Of a stretch of DNA of 64,000 nucleotides, positions 35,314-47,179 are shown piece by piece. Every line of letters begins with the position of its first letter. The first letter of the stretch is position 1. Made by a program: the position numbers and the translations under genes. Origin of the DNA: Chiloscyllium plagiosum (Eukaryota); NCBI RefSeq assembly GCF_004010195.1, contig NC_057711.1, forward strand, positions 77,198,795 through 77,262,794, read 5' to 3'. The notes under the pieces were generated by a model. That model worked only from the letters and a program-made list of their open reading frames with translations. It did not search any database and was not told the DNA's origin.

Positions 35314-37075
35314 GGTGGCTCATCAGTTAGCATTGCTCTGTCACAGTGCCAGAGACCTGGGTTTAATTCCAGCCTTGGGTGCATCGATAGTCACAGATGA
35401 GGTGCCGGAAGACTGGAGGTTGACTAACATGGTGCCACTGTTTAAGAAAAGTGGTAAGGACAAGCCAGGGAACTATAGACCAGTGAGCCTGACGTCAGTG
35501 GTGGGCAAGTTGTTGGAGGGAATCCTGAGGGACAGGACGTACATGTATTTGGAAAGGCAAGGACTGATTAGGGATAGTCAACATGGCTTTGTGCGTGGGA
35601 AATTATGTCTCACAAACTTGATTGAGTTTTTTGAAGAAGTAACGAAGAGGACTGATGAGGGCAGAGCAGTAGATGTGATCTATATGGACTTCAGTAAGGC
35701 GTTCAACAAGGTTCCCCATGAGACACTGGTGGGCAAGGTTAGATCTCATGGAACACAGGGAGAACTAGCCATTTGGATACAGAACTGGCTCAAAGATAGG
35801 AGACAGAGGGTGGTGGTGGAGGGTTGTTTTTCAGACTGGAGGCCTGTGACCAGTGGAGTGCCACAAGGATCAGTGCTGGGTCCTCTACTTTTCATAATTT
35901 ATATAAATGATTTGGGCGTGTGCATAAGAGGTAGAGTTAGTAAGTTTGCAGATGACACCAAAATTGGAGGTGTAGTGGACAGTGAAGAAGGTTACCTCAG
36001 ATTACAACGGGATCTTGATCAGATGGGCCAATGGGCTGAGAAGTGGCAGATGGAGTTTAATTCAGATAAATGAGAGGTGCTGCATTTTGGGAAAGCAAAT
36101 CTTAACAGGACTTATACACTTAATGGTAAGGTCCTAGGAAGTGTTGTTGAACAAAGAGACCTTGGAGTGCAGGGTCATTGAAAGTGGAGTTGCAGGTAGA
36201 TAGGATCGTGGAGGAGGAGTTTGGTATGCTTTCCTTTATTGGTCAGAGTATTGAGTAGAGGAGTTGGGAGGTCATGTTGCAGCTGTACAGGACATTGGTT
36301 AGGCCGCTGTTGAAATATTGCGTGCAATTCTGGTCGCCTTCCTATCGGAAAGATGTTGTGAAACTTGAAAGGGTTCAGAAAGGATTTACAAGGATGTTGC
36401 CAGCATTGGAGGATTTGAACTATAGGGAGCGCTTGAATAGGCTGGGGCTGTTTTCCCTGGAGCGTCGGAGGCTGAGGGGTGACTTTATAGAGGTTTGTAA
36501 AATCATGAGGGGAATGGATAGGATAAATAGACAAAGTCTTTTCCCTGGGGTGGGGGTCCAGAGCTAGAGGGCATAGGTTTAGGCAGAGAGGGGAACGATA
36601 GAAAAGAGACCCAAGAGGCAACTTTTTCACGTGTATGCCAGAGGAAGTGGTGGAGGCTAGTACAATTGCAACATTTAAAAGGCATGTGGATGGGTATATG
36701 AACAGTAAGGGTTTGGAGGGATATAGGCCAGGTGCTGACAGGTAGGACTAGATTGGGTTGGGATATCTGTTCTGCATGGATGGGTTGGACTGAAGGGTCT
36801 GTTTCGGTGCTGTACATCTCTGACTGTGGAGTTGTCATGTTCTCCCAGTGTCTGCATGAGTTTCCTCCAGGTGCTCCAGTTTCCTCCCACAGTTCAAAGA
36901 AGTGCAGATTAGGATGAATTGGCCATGTTAAACTGCCCTTGGTGCGCAGGCTAGGTGGGTTAGCCATAGGTAATGCAGGGTTATAGGTTAAGGGTTGAGA
37001 TGGAATGGTCTTTGGAGGGTTGGTGTGGACTCAACTGGCTGAATGCCTTAATTCCACTCTGCAGGGATTCTACGA
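35314..37075 (+). mobile_element. HE1-like SINE split into head (35314-35380) and body (36823-37075) by a CR1 insertion
   Basis: Head gtggcacggtggctc...ctgggtttaattccagccttgggtg. Body resumes gactgtggagttgtcatgttctcccagtgtctgcatgagtttcctccaggtgctcc. Confidence 0.8.
35381..36822 (+). mobile_element. Relatively young CR1 (HER1-like) LINE, RT domain to 3' end
   Basis: ORF 35291-36073 PGNYRPVSLTSVVGKLLE, QHGFVRG, YMDFSKAF, SGVPQGSVLGPLLF, SKFADDTKIGG. Stops and deletions downstream. Confidence 0.96.
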
Positions 37076-37109
37076 ATTTGTTCTTCTGGCTACCCACTCT
37101 AATCACTGG

Positions 37110-37600
37110 AACATTAAAAATTAGGCGCAGTTGTCAGCCATTGAGCATGCTCTTCCATTCGATATGATCATGGCTGATCTCACCTCAGCTTCAATTCCAC
37201 TTTCCTACCCACTCTCCATAACCCTTAACCCATCACTAATTAAAAACCTCTCTCTTCCCCAAATTTATTCTTTGTCCCTATGCCCACCTCACTCTGGGGG
37301 AAGTGAATTCCACAGATTCACAACACTTTGTGAGAAGTAATTTCTCCTAGTCTCTTTCAAATCTGTCACCCCTTATCCTAAAAATATGACCTTGGAGGAT
37401 ATATTGACCTTGGGAGGAAGTATGTCTCCCCCATCGACATCAACAGATTAGATGCACCAGATCTACTCACAGTATTTCAACTGGGGTCCAACCAGGGTTT
37501 TGATAGCTGCAGCATAACTACTGATACTCAATCCCTCTAGATATAAAGTCCACCATTCCACTACCCATCTTTAATTATTTTCTGTGCCTGTTCATGATAT
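37110..37600 (-). mobile_element. Old CR1 3' fragment
   Basis: gaattccacagattcacaacactttgtgagaagtaatttctcct; cagatctactcacagtatttc. Confidence 0.75.
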
Positions 37601-37704
37601 TATGCTTCAATTAGATCTCCTCTCAAGCTTTTAAACTCTAGCTAGTGTAGGCCTAAACTGCTCAGTCTGTACTTATAAGACAAACCTGTCATCTCTGACT
37701 GTCA

Positions 37705-37812
37705 TTGGTTCAGAGAAGGGGTCACTCAACCCAAAGCATTGGCTCTGATTTCTTTCCACAGATGCTGCCAGACCTGCTGAGCTTTTCCAGCAATTTCTGT
37801 TTTTGTTTCTGT
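37705..37812 (+). mobile_element. Penelope-terminus fragment
   Basis: gaaggggtcactcaacccaaag...acagatgctgccagacctgctgagcttttccagcaatttctgtttttgtttct. Confidence 0.65.
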
Positions 37813-37844
37813 CATCTCTGGAATGATTTTAGTGAAGCTTCTCA

Positions 37845-38730
37845 GAACATAAGAATATAAGAAACATTCAAAAAGGTAACCTCAAGTTGCTTACTGGGCA
37901 GGGAATTACACAGATTCACAACCTTTTGGGTGAAGAAATTCCTCCTCAACTCAGTCCTAAATCTGCTCCCCCTTATTTTGAGGCTATGCCTCCTAGTTCT
38001 AGTTTCACCCAGCAGTGGAAATAACCTCCCTGCTTCTATCTTATCTGTTTCCTTCACAATTACATATGTTTCTATAAGTGCCCTCACCCCCATCATTCTT
38101 CTAAACTCCAATGAGTACAGTCCCAGTCTACTCAATCTCTGATATAGGAAGGATAAGCTGGAGAGGGTTCACAAGAGATTTACCAGGATGGGGCCGGGTA
38201 TGGAAGGCATGAGTTATAAAGAAAAGCTGGATAGCTTGGGATTTTGTTTTTAACTGGACAGTAGGAGGTTGAGAGGTGACCTGATAGAAGTTTATAAAAT
38301 AATGAGGGGTATAGATAGAGTTAATAATAGTTGTCTTTTCCTTAGGATGGCAATCTCAAGACTAGGGGGCACATTTTTAAGGTGAGAGAAAAGGGATTTT
38401 AAAAAAAACACGTGGGGCAATTTTTTTTTTAAAAACACAGGGTGGCTCACATGTGAAGTGAACTTCCTGAGAAAGTGGTGGTATGGGTACAGCTACAACA
38501 TTTAAAAAACATTTGAATAAGTACATGTATAGTAAAGGTTTAGAGGGACATAGGCCAGAAGCAGGCAGGTGGGACTTGTTTAGTTTGGGATTAAGGTCAG
38601 CATGGACTCGTTGGACCAAAGGGACAGTATACGGCAACCCTCTCAACTCCAGAATCAACCTAGTGAGCCTCCAATAGAATCAGATCCTTTCTCAATAAGG
38701 GGACCAAGATTATATGGCAGTGGCCCAGAT
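37845..38730 (-). mobile_element. CR1 3' fragment (minus) split by an opposite-orientation CR1 at 38141-38625
   Basis: ORF 37842-38135 SRLGLYSLEFRRM...FRTELRRNFFTQKVVNL. Continues at 38630 caaccctctcaactccagaatcaacctagtga. Confidence 0.85.
38141..38625 (+). mobile_element. CR1 3' fragment
   Basis: ctggagagggttcacaagagatttaccaggatg; agaggtgacctgatagaagtttataaaataatg. Confidence 0.88.
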
Positions 38731-38929
38731 GCAAAATTATCTTCCAGTTGAGAGTCACCACTAACATTGATGAGGTCTCTCAGTCCATTGAACCCTTATC
38801 CATCAACCAACACCATCTTCTTTTAAAAAAAAAGCTCTCAGAAGGTTTGATTATTCATGACATTGTTGTTTTGTGGAAATCAATATCAGTTTCTTAAAAA
38901 AAACCTGAAGGAATGGATTATTCATCAAA

Positions 38930-39105
38930 TAAAAGCTGAAAGAACTGTGGATACTGGAAATCAGAAACAGAGGTTATTGGAGGAGCCCAACCGGGTCTGG
39001 CAGTGTCTACGGAGAGAGATCAGTTGATGTTTTGGGTCCAATGACCCCTTCTGAGTTCTGAGGAAGACGTCACTGGACCTAAAAGATTAACTTCTGATTT
39101 CTCCC
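38930..39105. mobile_element. Palindromic Penelope-terminus fragment with decayed hammerhead
   Basis: tttgggtccaatgaccccttc followed by ctgaggaagacgtcactggacctaaaag. Confidence 0.6.
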
Positions 39106-39109
39106 AATC

Positions 39110-39862
39110 GAATAGACTGGGGCTATTTTCCCTGAAGCGTCAGAGGCTGAGTGGTGACCTTATAGAGATTTATAGAATCATGCGGGACATGGATAGGTAA
39201 ATAGACATGGTCTTTTCCCAGGATGGAGGAGTCCAAAACTAGATGGCATATGTTTAAGGTGAGAGAGGAAAGATTTAAAAGTGACCAAAGGGACAAATTT
39301 TTCACACAGTGGGTGCTGTATACATGGAATGAGCTGCCAGAGGAAGTACTGAAGGCTGGTACAATTACAACATTTTGAGATTAGATTAGATTCCCTACAG
39401 TATGGAAACAGGCTCTTTGTCCCAACAAGTCCACACCAACCCTCCAAACAGTAATCCACCCAGACTTATTCCCCTATCCTATATTTAACCCTGACTAATG
39501 CACTTGGCAATTTAGCATGGCCAATTCACCTGACCTGCACATCTTTGGACTGTGGGAGGAAACCGGAGCATCCGGAGGAAACCCACGCAGACACGGGGAG
39601 AATGTGCAAACTCCACACAGTCAGTCGCCCGAGGCTGGAATCAAACCCAGGTGCCTGACACTGAGAGACAGCAGTGCTAACCACTGAACCACCGTGCTGC
39701 CCCTGAGCCACCGTGTAAAAAGCATCTGGATGGCTACGTGAATAGGAAGGGTTTAGAGGGATATGGGCCAAATGCTGACAAATGGGTCTAGGTTAATTTA
39801 AGATATCTGGTTTGCATAGACCCGAAGGGTCTGTTTCTGTGCTGTACATTTCTATGATTCTA
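39110..39862 (+). mobile_element. CR1 3' fragment containing an antisense HE1 SINE
   Basis: gtggtgaccttatagagatttatagaatcatg ... acaacattt [SINE] aaaagcatctggatgg ... tctatgattct. Confidence 0.88.
39378..39713 (-). mobile_element. HE1/V-SINE
   Basis: agattagattagattccctacagt tail; tgtgggaggaaaccggagcatccggaggaaacccacgcagac; head gcagtgctaaccactgaaccaccgtg. Confidence 0.93.
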
Positions 39863-39869
39863 AAAATGA

Positions 39870-41590
39870 GGGAAGATGATAAACTTGAGGGCTAAATCAA
39901 AATGGACAACAAGATCTTCTTTAATTATATAAAAGGGAAGAGAAGCCAAAGGGAACATAGGCCTTTAAAGAATGAGACTGATGAAGGAAACAGAAGAGTT
40001 GAACAAATACATCAGTCAACATTGTAGAAGACACTGATAACATTCTAAAATAGCTAAATATTCAAGAGGCAAATGGAAGAGAGGAAATGAATACAATAGT
40101 CATCACTAATGGGGCTGAAGACTAACATGACCCCTGGATGTCATGAAATCCGTCCTAAGATATTAAAAGAAGTAGCTACAGAAAATGGATGAATTCACTA
40201 TTCTTCCAAGAATCCTTAGATTCTATAAATATCTCAGAGATTTAGAAATCTGCTGAAATAGCATCTCTACTTAAAAAGGAAGGAAACCAAAATAAACAGG
40301 TAATTATAGGTCAGTTACATGAATGCCTGTTATTGGTAAAATGGTAGACTCTTATTACAAAAGGATGTAGGAGCAGTGCATTTAGAAATGTACATGATCA
40401 AGCATGGCTTCATGAAGAGGAAATTATGCCTGATAAATTTAGTAGAATTCTTTGAGGAAGTAATGGTAGGATAGTGAAAGGGGCAGCATTTGCTAAAGTA
40501 CCACATCTTTGGTTACATAAGATGATAACAGCCAATGATACAGGGGAAAGTACATTGGATAAGATAGAGAGCTGGCATCTGGAAGGCATTTTCAGGATTT
40601 CAACTGTAACTAGTAGAGTATGATAGGGATCAGTGCTGGGGCCACAATTATTTACAACTTATTTACGATTTGCGTGAGGGAAGTGAATTCAAATTTGCAC
40701 ACAACACAAGTATGGGTGGGAAAGCAAGTGATGAGGATGACAGGGTCTGCAGAGGAATTTGGACATGTTGAGCGTGTGATCAAAAACTTGTCTGATGGAA
40801 TATAATGTGATGAAATGTGAGTTTATGTACTTTGGTCAGAAGAACAGAAGAGCAAAATATTATTTCAATGAAGAAAAATGGTAGAAAGCTATGAAACAGA
40901 GGGATTTAAAAGTCCTCCCCCATGAATCACAACATGCTAGCATACAAGTTCACCAGGTAACTGTGAAGGCAAATGGAGTGTTGGTCTCTATTTCTATGAA
41001 AGTAGGGAGGTTGTGGTAAAACTAGTTAGACTTGTTAGCATAATTTAGAATATGCATAGAATATTGTGAACAGTTTTAGGCCCCTTAACAAAAGAAAGAT
41101 TTCCTGGCATTGAAGGCAGTCCAGTGAAGGTTCACTAGGTCAATACCAGATATGGAAAGGCAGTCTTATGAGGATGAGTTGAGTAGGTTAGCCTGGACTC
41201 ATTGGAGTTTAGAAGAATGAGGGTTGATCTTTTGAAACATACAAGATTCTTTCAGGACTTGAAAAAAATAGATACAGAAACATTCTATTCCCCTTGTGAG
41301 AGAATCCAAGACCAAAAGGTATAACCACAGAACAAAGGGTCATCCATTTAAGAGATGAAGAATTTCTTCTCTTAAAGGATTGTGAATCTGTGGAATTCTT
41401 ATCTGTAGTGGGGTATTGAGACTGGGTCATTATGTACATTCAAGGTTGAAGTAGACAGATTTTTAATCAGTAACATAATCAAGAGTTCAAAAAAAAAGAA
41501 AAGTAGAGTTGAGGATGACCAAATCAGCCATGATCTCATTAATTGGTGAAGTAGACTCGATAGGCCAACTTTTGCTCCTACGTCTTATAG
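39870..41590 (+). mobile_element. Long decayed CR1 ORF2 fragment
   Basis: ggtaattataggtcagtt (GNYR), cagggatcagtgctgggg-like PQGSVLG at about 40625, aaatttgcacacaacacaa, gaatattgtgaacagttt. Confidence 0.85.
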
Positions 41591-42119
41591 TTTCTTGCTG
41601 TTAAGTGTCTTGCAAATATATAAACTAGCAGAAACAGACCATTCAGCCCTTTGAGCCTGCTCCATTCCTGAAGAACATGGCTGATCTGCTTGTTTCAAAT
41701 TGCATATAACCCTTGATTTGGCTGCCCAAAAGGAATCTATGTACATCCGAAAACATTCAAGGCAGAGTGTTCTAAAATCGCACAATCCTCAGAAACAAAA
41801 TTCTCATCTGTCCTGAAAGGTCAAGCCCTAGATGTAAAACCACACTTCTAGTTCTGGACTGACCACAAGAGGAAACATCCTTTCCACATCATGAAGTGCT
41901 TTGAGAGATTTGTAATAAGATATACTAAGACCCTGCTGCCATGCTCACTGGGCAAACCCCTCAACAGATGATGCCATTTCCACCCCCCTCCATCGAGCCC
42001 TAACCCACCTGGTGAAGGAGGAAACTTACATCAGACTACTGTTCATAGACTCCAGTTCGGCATTTAACACTATTATTCCTCAGCACCCGATTGGAAAGTT
42101 GAGTCTGCTGGGCCTAAAT

Positions 42120-42289
42120 CCGAAGATGTTCAGGTTAGGTGAATTGACCATGCTAAATTGCCCATAGTGTTAGCTGCAGGGGTAAATGTAAGGGAATAGG
42201 TCTGGATGGGTTGCTCTTCGGAGGGTTGGTGTGGACTTGTTGGGCTGAAGGGCCTGTTTCCACACTGTAGGGAATCTAAGAATCTAAAT
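42120..42289 (+). mobile_element. 5'-truncated HE1 SINE
   Basis: aagatgttcaggttaggtgaattgaccatgctaaattgccc ... ccacactgtagggaatcta; flanked by ctaaat at 42114-42119 and 42284-42289. Confidence 0.88.
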
Positions 42290-42443
42290 ACCTCCCTTTG
42301 TAACTGGATCCTGGATTTCCTGACTGGGAGACCTCAGTCAGTCTGGATTGGGAATAGCATCTCCAACACCATCATACTGAGCGCGGGGGTCCCCCAGAGC
42401 TGTGTGCTCCGTCCAATGCTGTTCACCCTGATGACACAAGATG

Positions 42444-42753
42444 CGGCACGGTGGCACAGTGGTTAGCACTGCTGCTTCACAGTGCCAGAGACCCGGGTTC
42501 AATTCCCGCCTCAGGTGACTGACTGTGTGGAGTTTGCACATTCTCCCCGTGTCTGCGTGGGTTTCCTCCGAGTGCTCCGGTTTCCTCCCACAGTCTAAAA
42601 ATGTTCAGGTTAGGTGAATTGGCCATGCTAAATTGCCCGTAGTGTTAGGTGAAGGGGTAAATGTAGGGGAATGGGTCCGGGTGGGTGCACTTCGGCGGGT
42701 CGGTGTGGACTTGTTGGGCCGAAGGGCCTGTTTCCACACTGTAAGTGATCTAA
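42444..42753 (+). mobile_element. Full-length HE1/V-SINE
   Basis: tRNA-like head gtggcacagtggttagc (A box) and gggttcaattccc (B box), V-domain, CR1-like tail. Confidence 0.95.
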
Positions 42754-44521
42754 TGTGCAGATCGAATTACATCAAGTTTGCTGATGATATGACTGTAGTT
42801 GGTCTCATCAGCACAAACAACGAGTCAGCATACAGACAGGAGGTGCAGCAGCTAGCAGACTGGCAAAGAACCAACAACCTGTCTTTGAATGTGGACAAGG
42901 CAAAAAAGATGGTTGTTGACTTCAGGAGGGCATGGAGCGACCACTCTTGCTGGACATTGACGGCTCTCCACCACCGTGGAGATAGTGAAGAGCACCAAAT
43001 TTCTTGGCGTATACCTGCCAGAGAATCTCACCTGGACCCTCAACATCAGCTCCATAGCCAAGAAAGCCCAGCAGTATCTCTACTTTCTGCGCAGGCTGAG
43101 GAAAGCCCACTTCCCAGCCCCCATTCTCACCACATTCTACAGAGGGTTCATTGAGAGTTCTGAGCTGCTGCATCACTGCCTGGTTCGGGAATTGCAACAT
43201 CTCAAACCGTAAGACCCTACAACAGATAGTAAGGACAGCCGAGAAGATCATCGGGGTTCTCTTCCTTCCATTACAGACATTTACACCACATGCTGCATTC
43301 AAAAGACGAAGAGCATTGTGGAAGACCCTGCACATCCTTCACTCAACTCTTCTCCCTCCTGCCATCTCGCAGAAGATACTGGAGCATTCAGTCTCTCACG
43401 GCCAGATTGCGCAACATTTTCTCCCCCCAAGCCATCACAGTATGATCGGATTCTTTCCCATTTGTAATTCTTTGCATGACTTTGAATTGCTACTAGAAAA
43501 ATGTCTATTGTTTATCATTCTTCTATTACACTGTAACATGCGTGGTTTTGCATTTCTTATGCACTTTATACAGTGTATGGATGTGTAGTTTGTGCTATCC
43601 ATGTAGCACCCTTGGTCCTGGAGAAACGCTGTCTCATTTTTACTCTATCAGTTGTATATGGTAATAATGACAAATAAAAAGCTACTCAACTCTACTACTA
43701 CTCTAGTACCTGGTCAAAACTATTCCAGGTCTTACACATTTCAATCAAGTCATTCCTCAAACTTCTAATCTGCAGTTCAGGCCATCTAACCAATCCTTGT
43801 AATGCAACACTCAATCCGGATTTCAAAATTCTGAACTCTCGTGAACCATCTTTAATGCATTAACAAGTCATCAAGGTTCACACAGAAATAACAGTATATG
43901 GGCAAGATACAGCAAGTGAGATTGTACCTATGGACCTAAATTTCAAGTAGTAAATACTTACATCACACTTCTGAAAGTTAAGAAGTGAAAGATAGCAAGA
44001 GTAAAAACATATGTTTCCTAGTTCAAAACACATATAGCCAGATCAGACAAACTAAAACATTTTGTCAGCTCTCAATGGTGTTATCACTAGATAACTGGAT
44101 TCAGCAGACAGATTGTTTGAAATGTAACAATGCAATAAGCAAATGGACAGCCAACCCTTAAAAGGATGCTGCAATTGTATCAAAGTGGAAAGTTCTCCAC
44201 TGATGAAGGACAGTTTCATACAGATGCAAATGAGCCTTGACACCATTAATCATATTATTAACTTGCTTTCTGTAGTTAACTATTTCCTTATATGCAAATA
44301 CACTCTTGTCTCATGACAAAATTATAATTTTCAGCAAATTCAAATTGATTACAGGATTGATTAGGGGAGGGGAAAGACCACTCATCATTAGAATTCCTGT
44401 TCAGAGTACACCTCAGCTTCAGTAACCAGAAGATTAGCCTCGCTGTATTTAGCATCGAGACTATTTTATTTTCTTCTAGTCAGTTTAATAATGATTTGAT
44501 TTATATGAAAATAAACAAACA

Positions 44522-44560
44522 TTTCCACACTGTAGGGAATCTAATCTAATCTAATCTAAC
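44522..44560 (+). mobile_element. Extremely 5'-truncated HE1/HER1 tail
   Basis: tttccacactgtagggaatctaatctaatctaatctaa only. Confidence 0.8.
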
Positions 44561-45741
44561 CAACAATGGAGGAGCAAGTTAATAAGGCAGAGAGCTGAAT
44601 TAAATCACAGGCCCAAAGGTGTTTCAGAGTCAACTGTGTATTCAGCACCTTCATACCAGTAGACTCATTAATCTTGCCTAATCAATAATCCCAATTATAT
44701 CATCAGTACATGGACTTCGAACAAAATCCTTCCAAGGAAAACAGCTTAACTCAGCAGAACTCAAGGGTGCCAGTTTTAACATTCTTTTTTCTGTGGTTTT
44801 ATTTTGTGGTAGAAATTTCTGCTGGTTTGGGCTGCAAAAGTCATTGTAATAGATATGCTAGCACAACCTAACACTGCATTTTGAAAGTATGCTTGTAGTG
44901 GCTTGTGTAGAAATAAGTTAGGTTAAAATAAATACAGATTTGGCATAATAATATATAAACTGACAAAGTAAACAAATGTTAAAACTATTTTGCTCAATCA
45001 GTCCAGAGGAGGCTGAGAAGAAACAGAAAATGCTGGAATTATTCGGCGTCAGTGCACATAAACTAAGTTAATGCTCCAAGTCAGGAGCATCAGTATTAAG
45101 TATTTCCAGAATTTTCTGCTTTTATTTAATATTTCTAGTATCTGCAGTACTTTGCTTTGTTTCAAGATTATGCTATTATTGCTCAATGTTCTAGTCAGAC
45201 CATCTTGAGTGATGTTAGGCTGCCAAGACTAATGGAATATTGAATCCTTAAGGCTAGGAAGAGAAAGCTAATTTCTAACATCAACCTTAGGAGCATTCTG
45301 GTAGAGGAAGTGTATAACTTACCTCACTGCAGATGACAGAGAGGTATCTGAATGACATACATAATATCAAAATGGGTCACCCAGGCAAAACTGCTCATAA
45401 ACTAGGAAACAGGACGAGGTGATTGCGGCAGACTGGAGGGACAAACAATGGATTGATTTAAGTAGATTTTTTCACAAAATAATCAAAAGGACTGATAAAC
45501 TTCCAGGAAAATGAATGGAAGCTGAAGCTTGAAGAATCTGGTGGGTGTGGTTTGTGAAGTACAGATTGTATAATTTATATATAATTTTTGCAATTTATAT
45601 TTCAAAATGGAAGCAGATGGCTGTTGGTTAATTCCGTGCATAAATTTATTTTTAATAAAATAAAGGAAGGTCAGGATGCACATCCAGAACTGCGATCGGA
45701 ATCAAACATTTTGTCAGAGCTCAGGTGACTGTGCAAACCCT

Positions 45742-46620
45742 TGTAATGTTAATAAAAAAGATGTTTATACTGTTGCGTTTATAACAGGTAGAGTTATCGT
45801 GGAAAGTTGTGTTTATATTTTTGATTTCAGTTAAGAATCTAAGGTAGGAGAAAGTGAGGACTGCAGATGCTGGAGATCAGAGCTGAAAATGTGTTGCTGG
45901 AAAAGCGGAACAGGTGAGGCAGCATCCAAGGAACAGGAGAATCGATTCTCCTATTCCTTGGATGTTGCCTGACCTGCTGTGCTTTTCCAGCAACACATTT
46001 TCAGCTAAGAATCTAAGGTAAGCAAGTATCTTGCAATTCAGTTCAAATGTCACCAAGGTTGAGTTCAGAAACTAACTGTTTCTCCTCATTGAAGGATTCA
46101 GGATAGTTCAGGGAACAAGTCACTTGAGCAAAAGCATTTGGTTGGTGAAAATTTCAAGCCAAGAGACTTTGGTTAGAACTCTGCACGTTATTTGAATTAA
46201 GAAAGTCTATGCTCTCCAATGTGTGAAAAGTTAATGTTTGCAGATTTGGAACAGACTCAAATAGTCTCTGCAGCCTCTAGCAAGGAAACTGTTAGGAGTC
46301 AACCAAATAGAACTTTAAAGAATTGAGATAGACGTGTGGTTTCTCTGGAATTGAGTGTCTGCAGCAGATCATGAAAGGAAACAGGGTGAAACTTGCTTTT
46401 ACTGTGGGTTGAGAGATCATTACAGTTGTCTTCCATGATAAGTTTGTTTTTTTTTCTAATTGTTTTGCGCAATAAACTTCTGTTCTACGATTAAAGAAAA
46501 TCTGCAGCCCCATATCTCATTGACTAGCCACCATGTTAGCTAACTAAACGAAAAAAAAATCTAAGGAAGATCTAATTCTGGGTTAAGTTGTCCATACCAC
46601 CATCAGCTGAGGTCATAACA
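45742..46620 (+). mobile_element. Probable solo LTR
   Basis: aataaacttctg...ttaaagaaaatctgcagc signal and terminal ggtcataaca. Left edge (tgtaatg) uncertain. Confidence 0.45.
45847..46005. mobile_element. Palindromic Penelope-terminus element, centre deleted, with 15-bp target-site duplication
   Basis: taagaatctaaggta at 45832-45846 and 46006-46020. Arms as in 2636-2840. Confidence 0.9.
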
Positions 46621-47179
46621 GGAGTTCTGAACTAAGATGACCAAAATGCATCACAACCTGTACTAATCTCATAATACCATCAAAAATACCTTAACAGGAG
46701 ATATTTTTGACACTTAGCACATATATACTCTCATATTAAAAAAAAATGAACTTGATTTTGGCCCAGTTAAAATTGGAGTATAGTTTCATTGTAGATTTGG
46801 CTTATATAGGTCAAAGCCTTCATGTAGACATACTATACTAGCTTTGCACTAATATCGTTTTCTCCAAATCAATGTGGAAAATCTAATTCCTACGGTGTAA
46901 AGATGCCAGAACTTAATCTCATAGGGTTAAAATGTAACATTTTACAGCCAAGCTAAATAAATGACCTGTTCGTGATGGGATCAATACACTTGGCTTTGCC
47001 ACTTTAGTCTTGACATCACATTCGGTATTCATTTAATTGGAAATAAATAGGTGTGTGAACATCAACAGCAATATTTATGCACCAGACAGTACTGCACCAG
47101 CCCAAATCCAACTTGGCCACTGCCACAAATCCACTTCAGGCCCACCTCACCAGTGCAGCCACTGCCAGTGCTATTTGAC

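Larger units (their letters stand above)
41888..43705 (+). mobile_element. Rex1/Babar-clade LINE (RT to 3' end) carrying two HE1 insertions
   Basis: [78 protein letters not shown]; tail aataaaaagctactcaactctactactactct. Confidence 0.9.

Noticed and set aside
35291..36073. 260-aa ORF as a host gene
   Set aside because: It is CR1 reverse transcriptase with a SINE-derived N-terminus and ends at a premature stop.
42444..42520. tRNA gene
   Set aside because: The A and B boxes belong to the HE1 SINE head and run into the V-domain. The same applies at 55495, 39713, 50042, 8377 and 30473.
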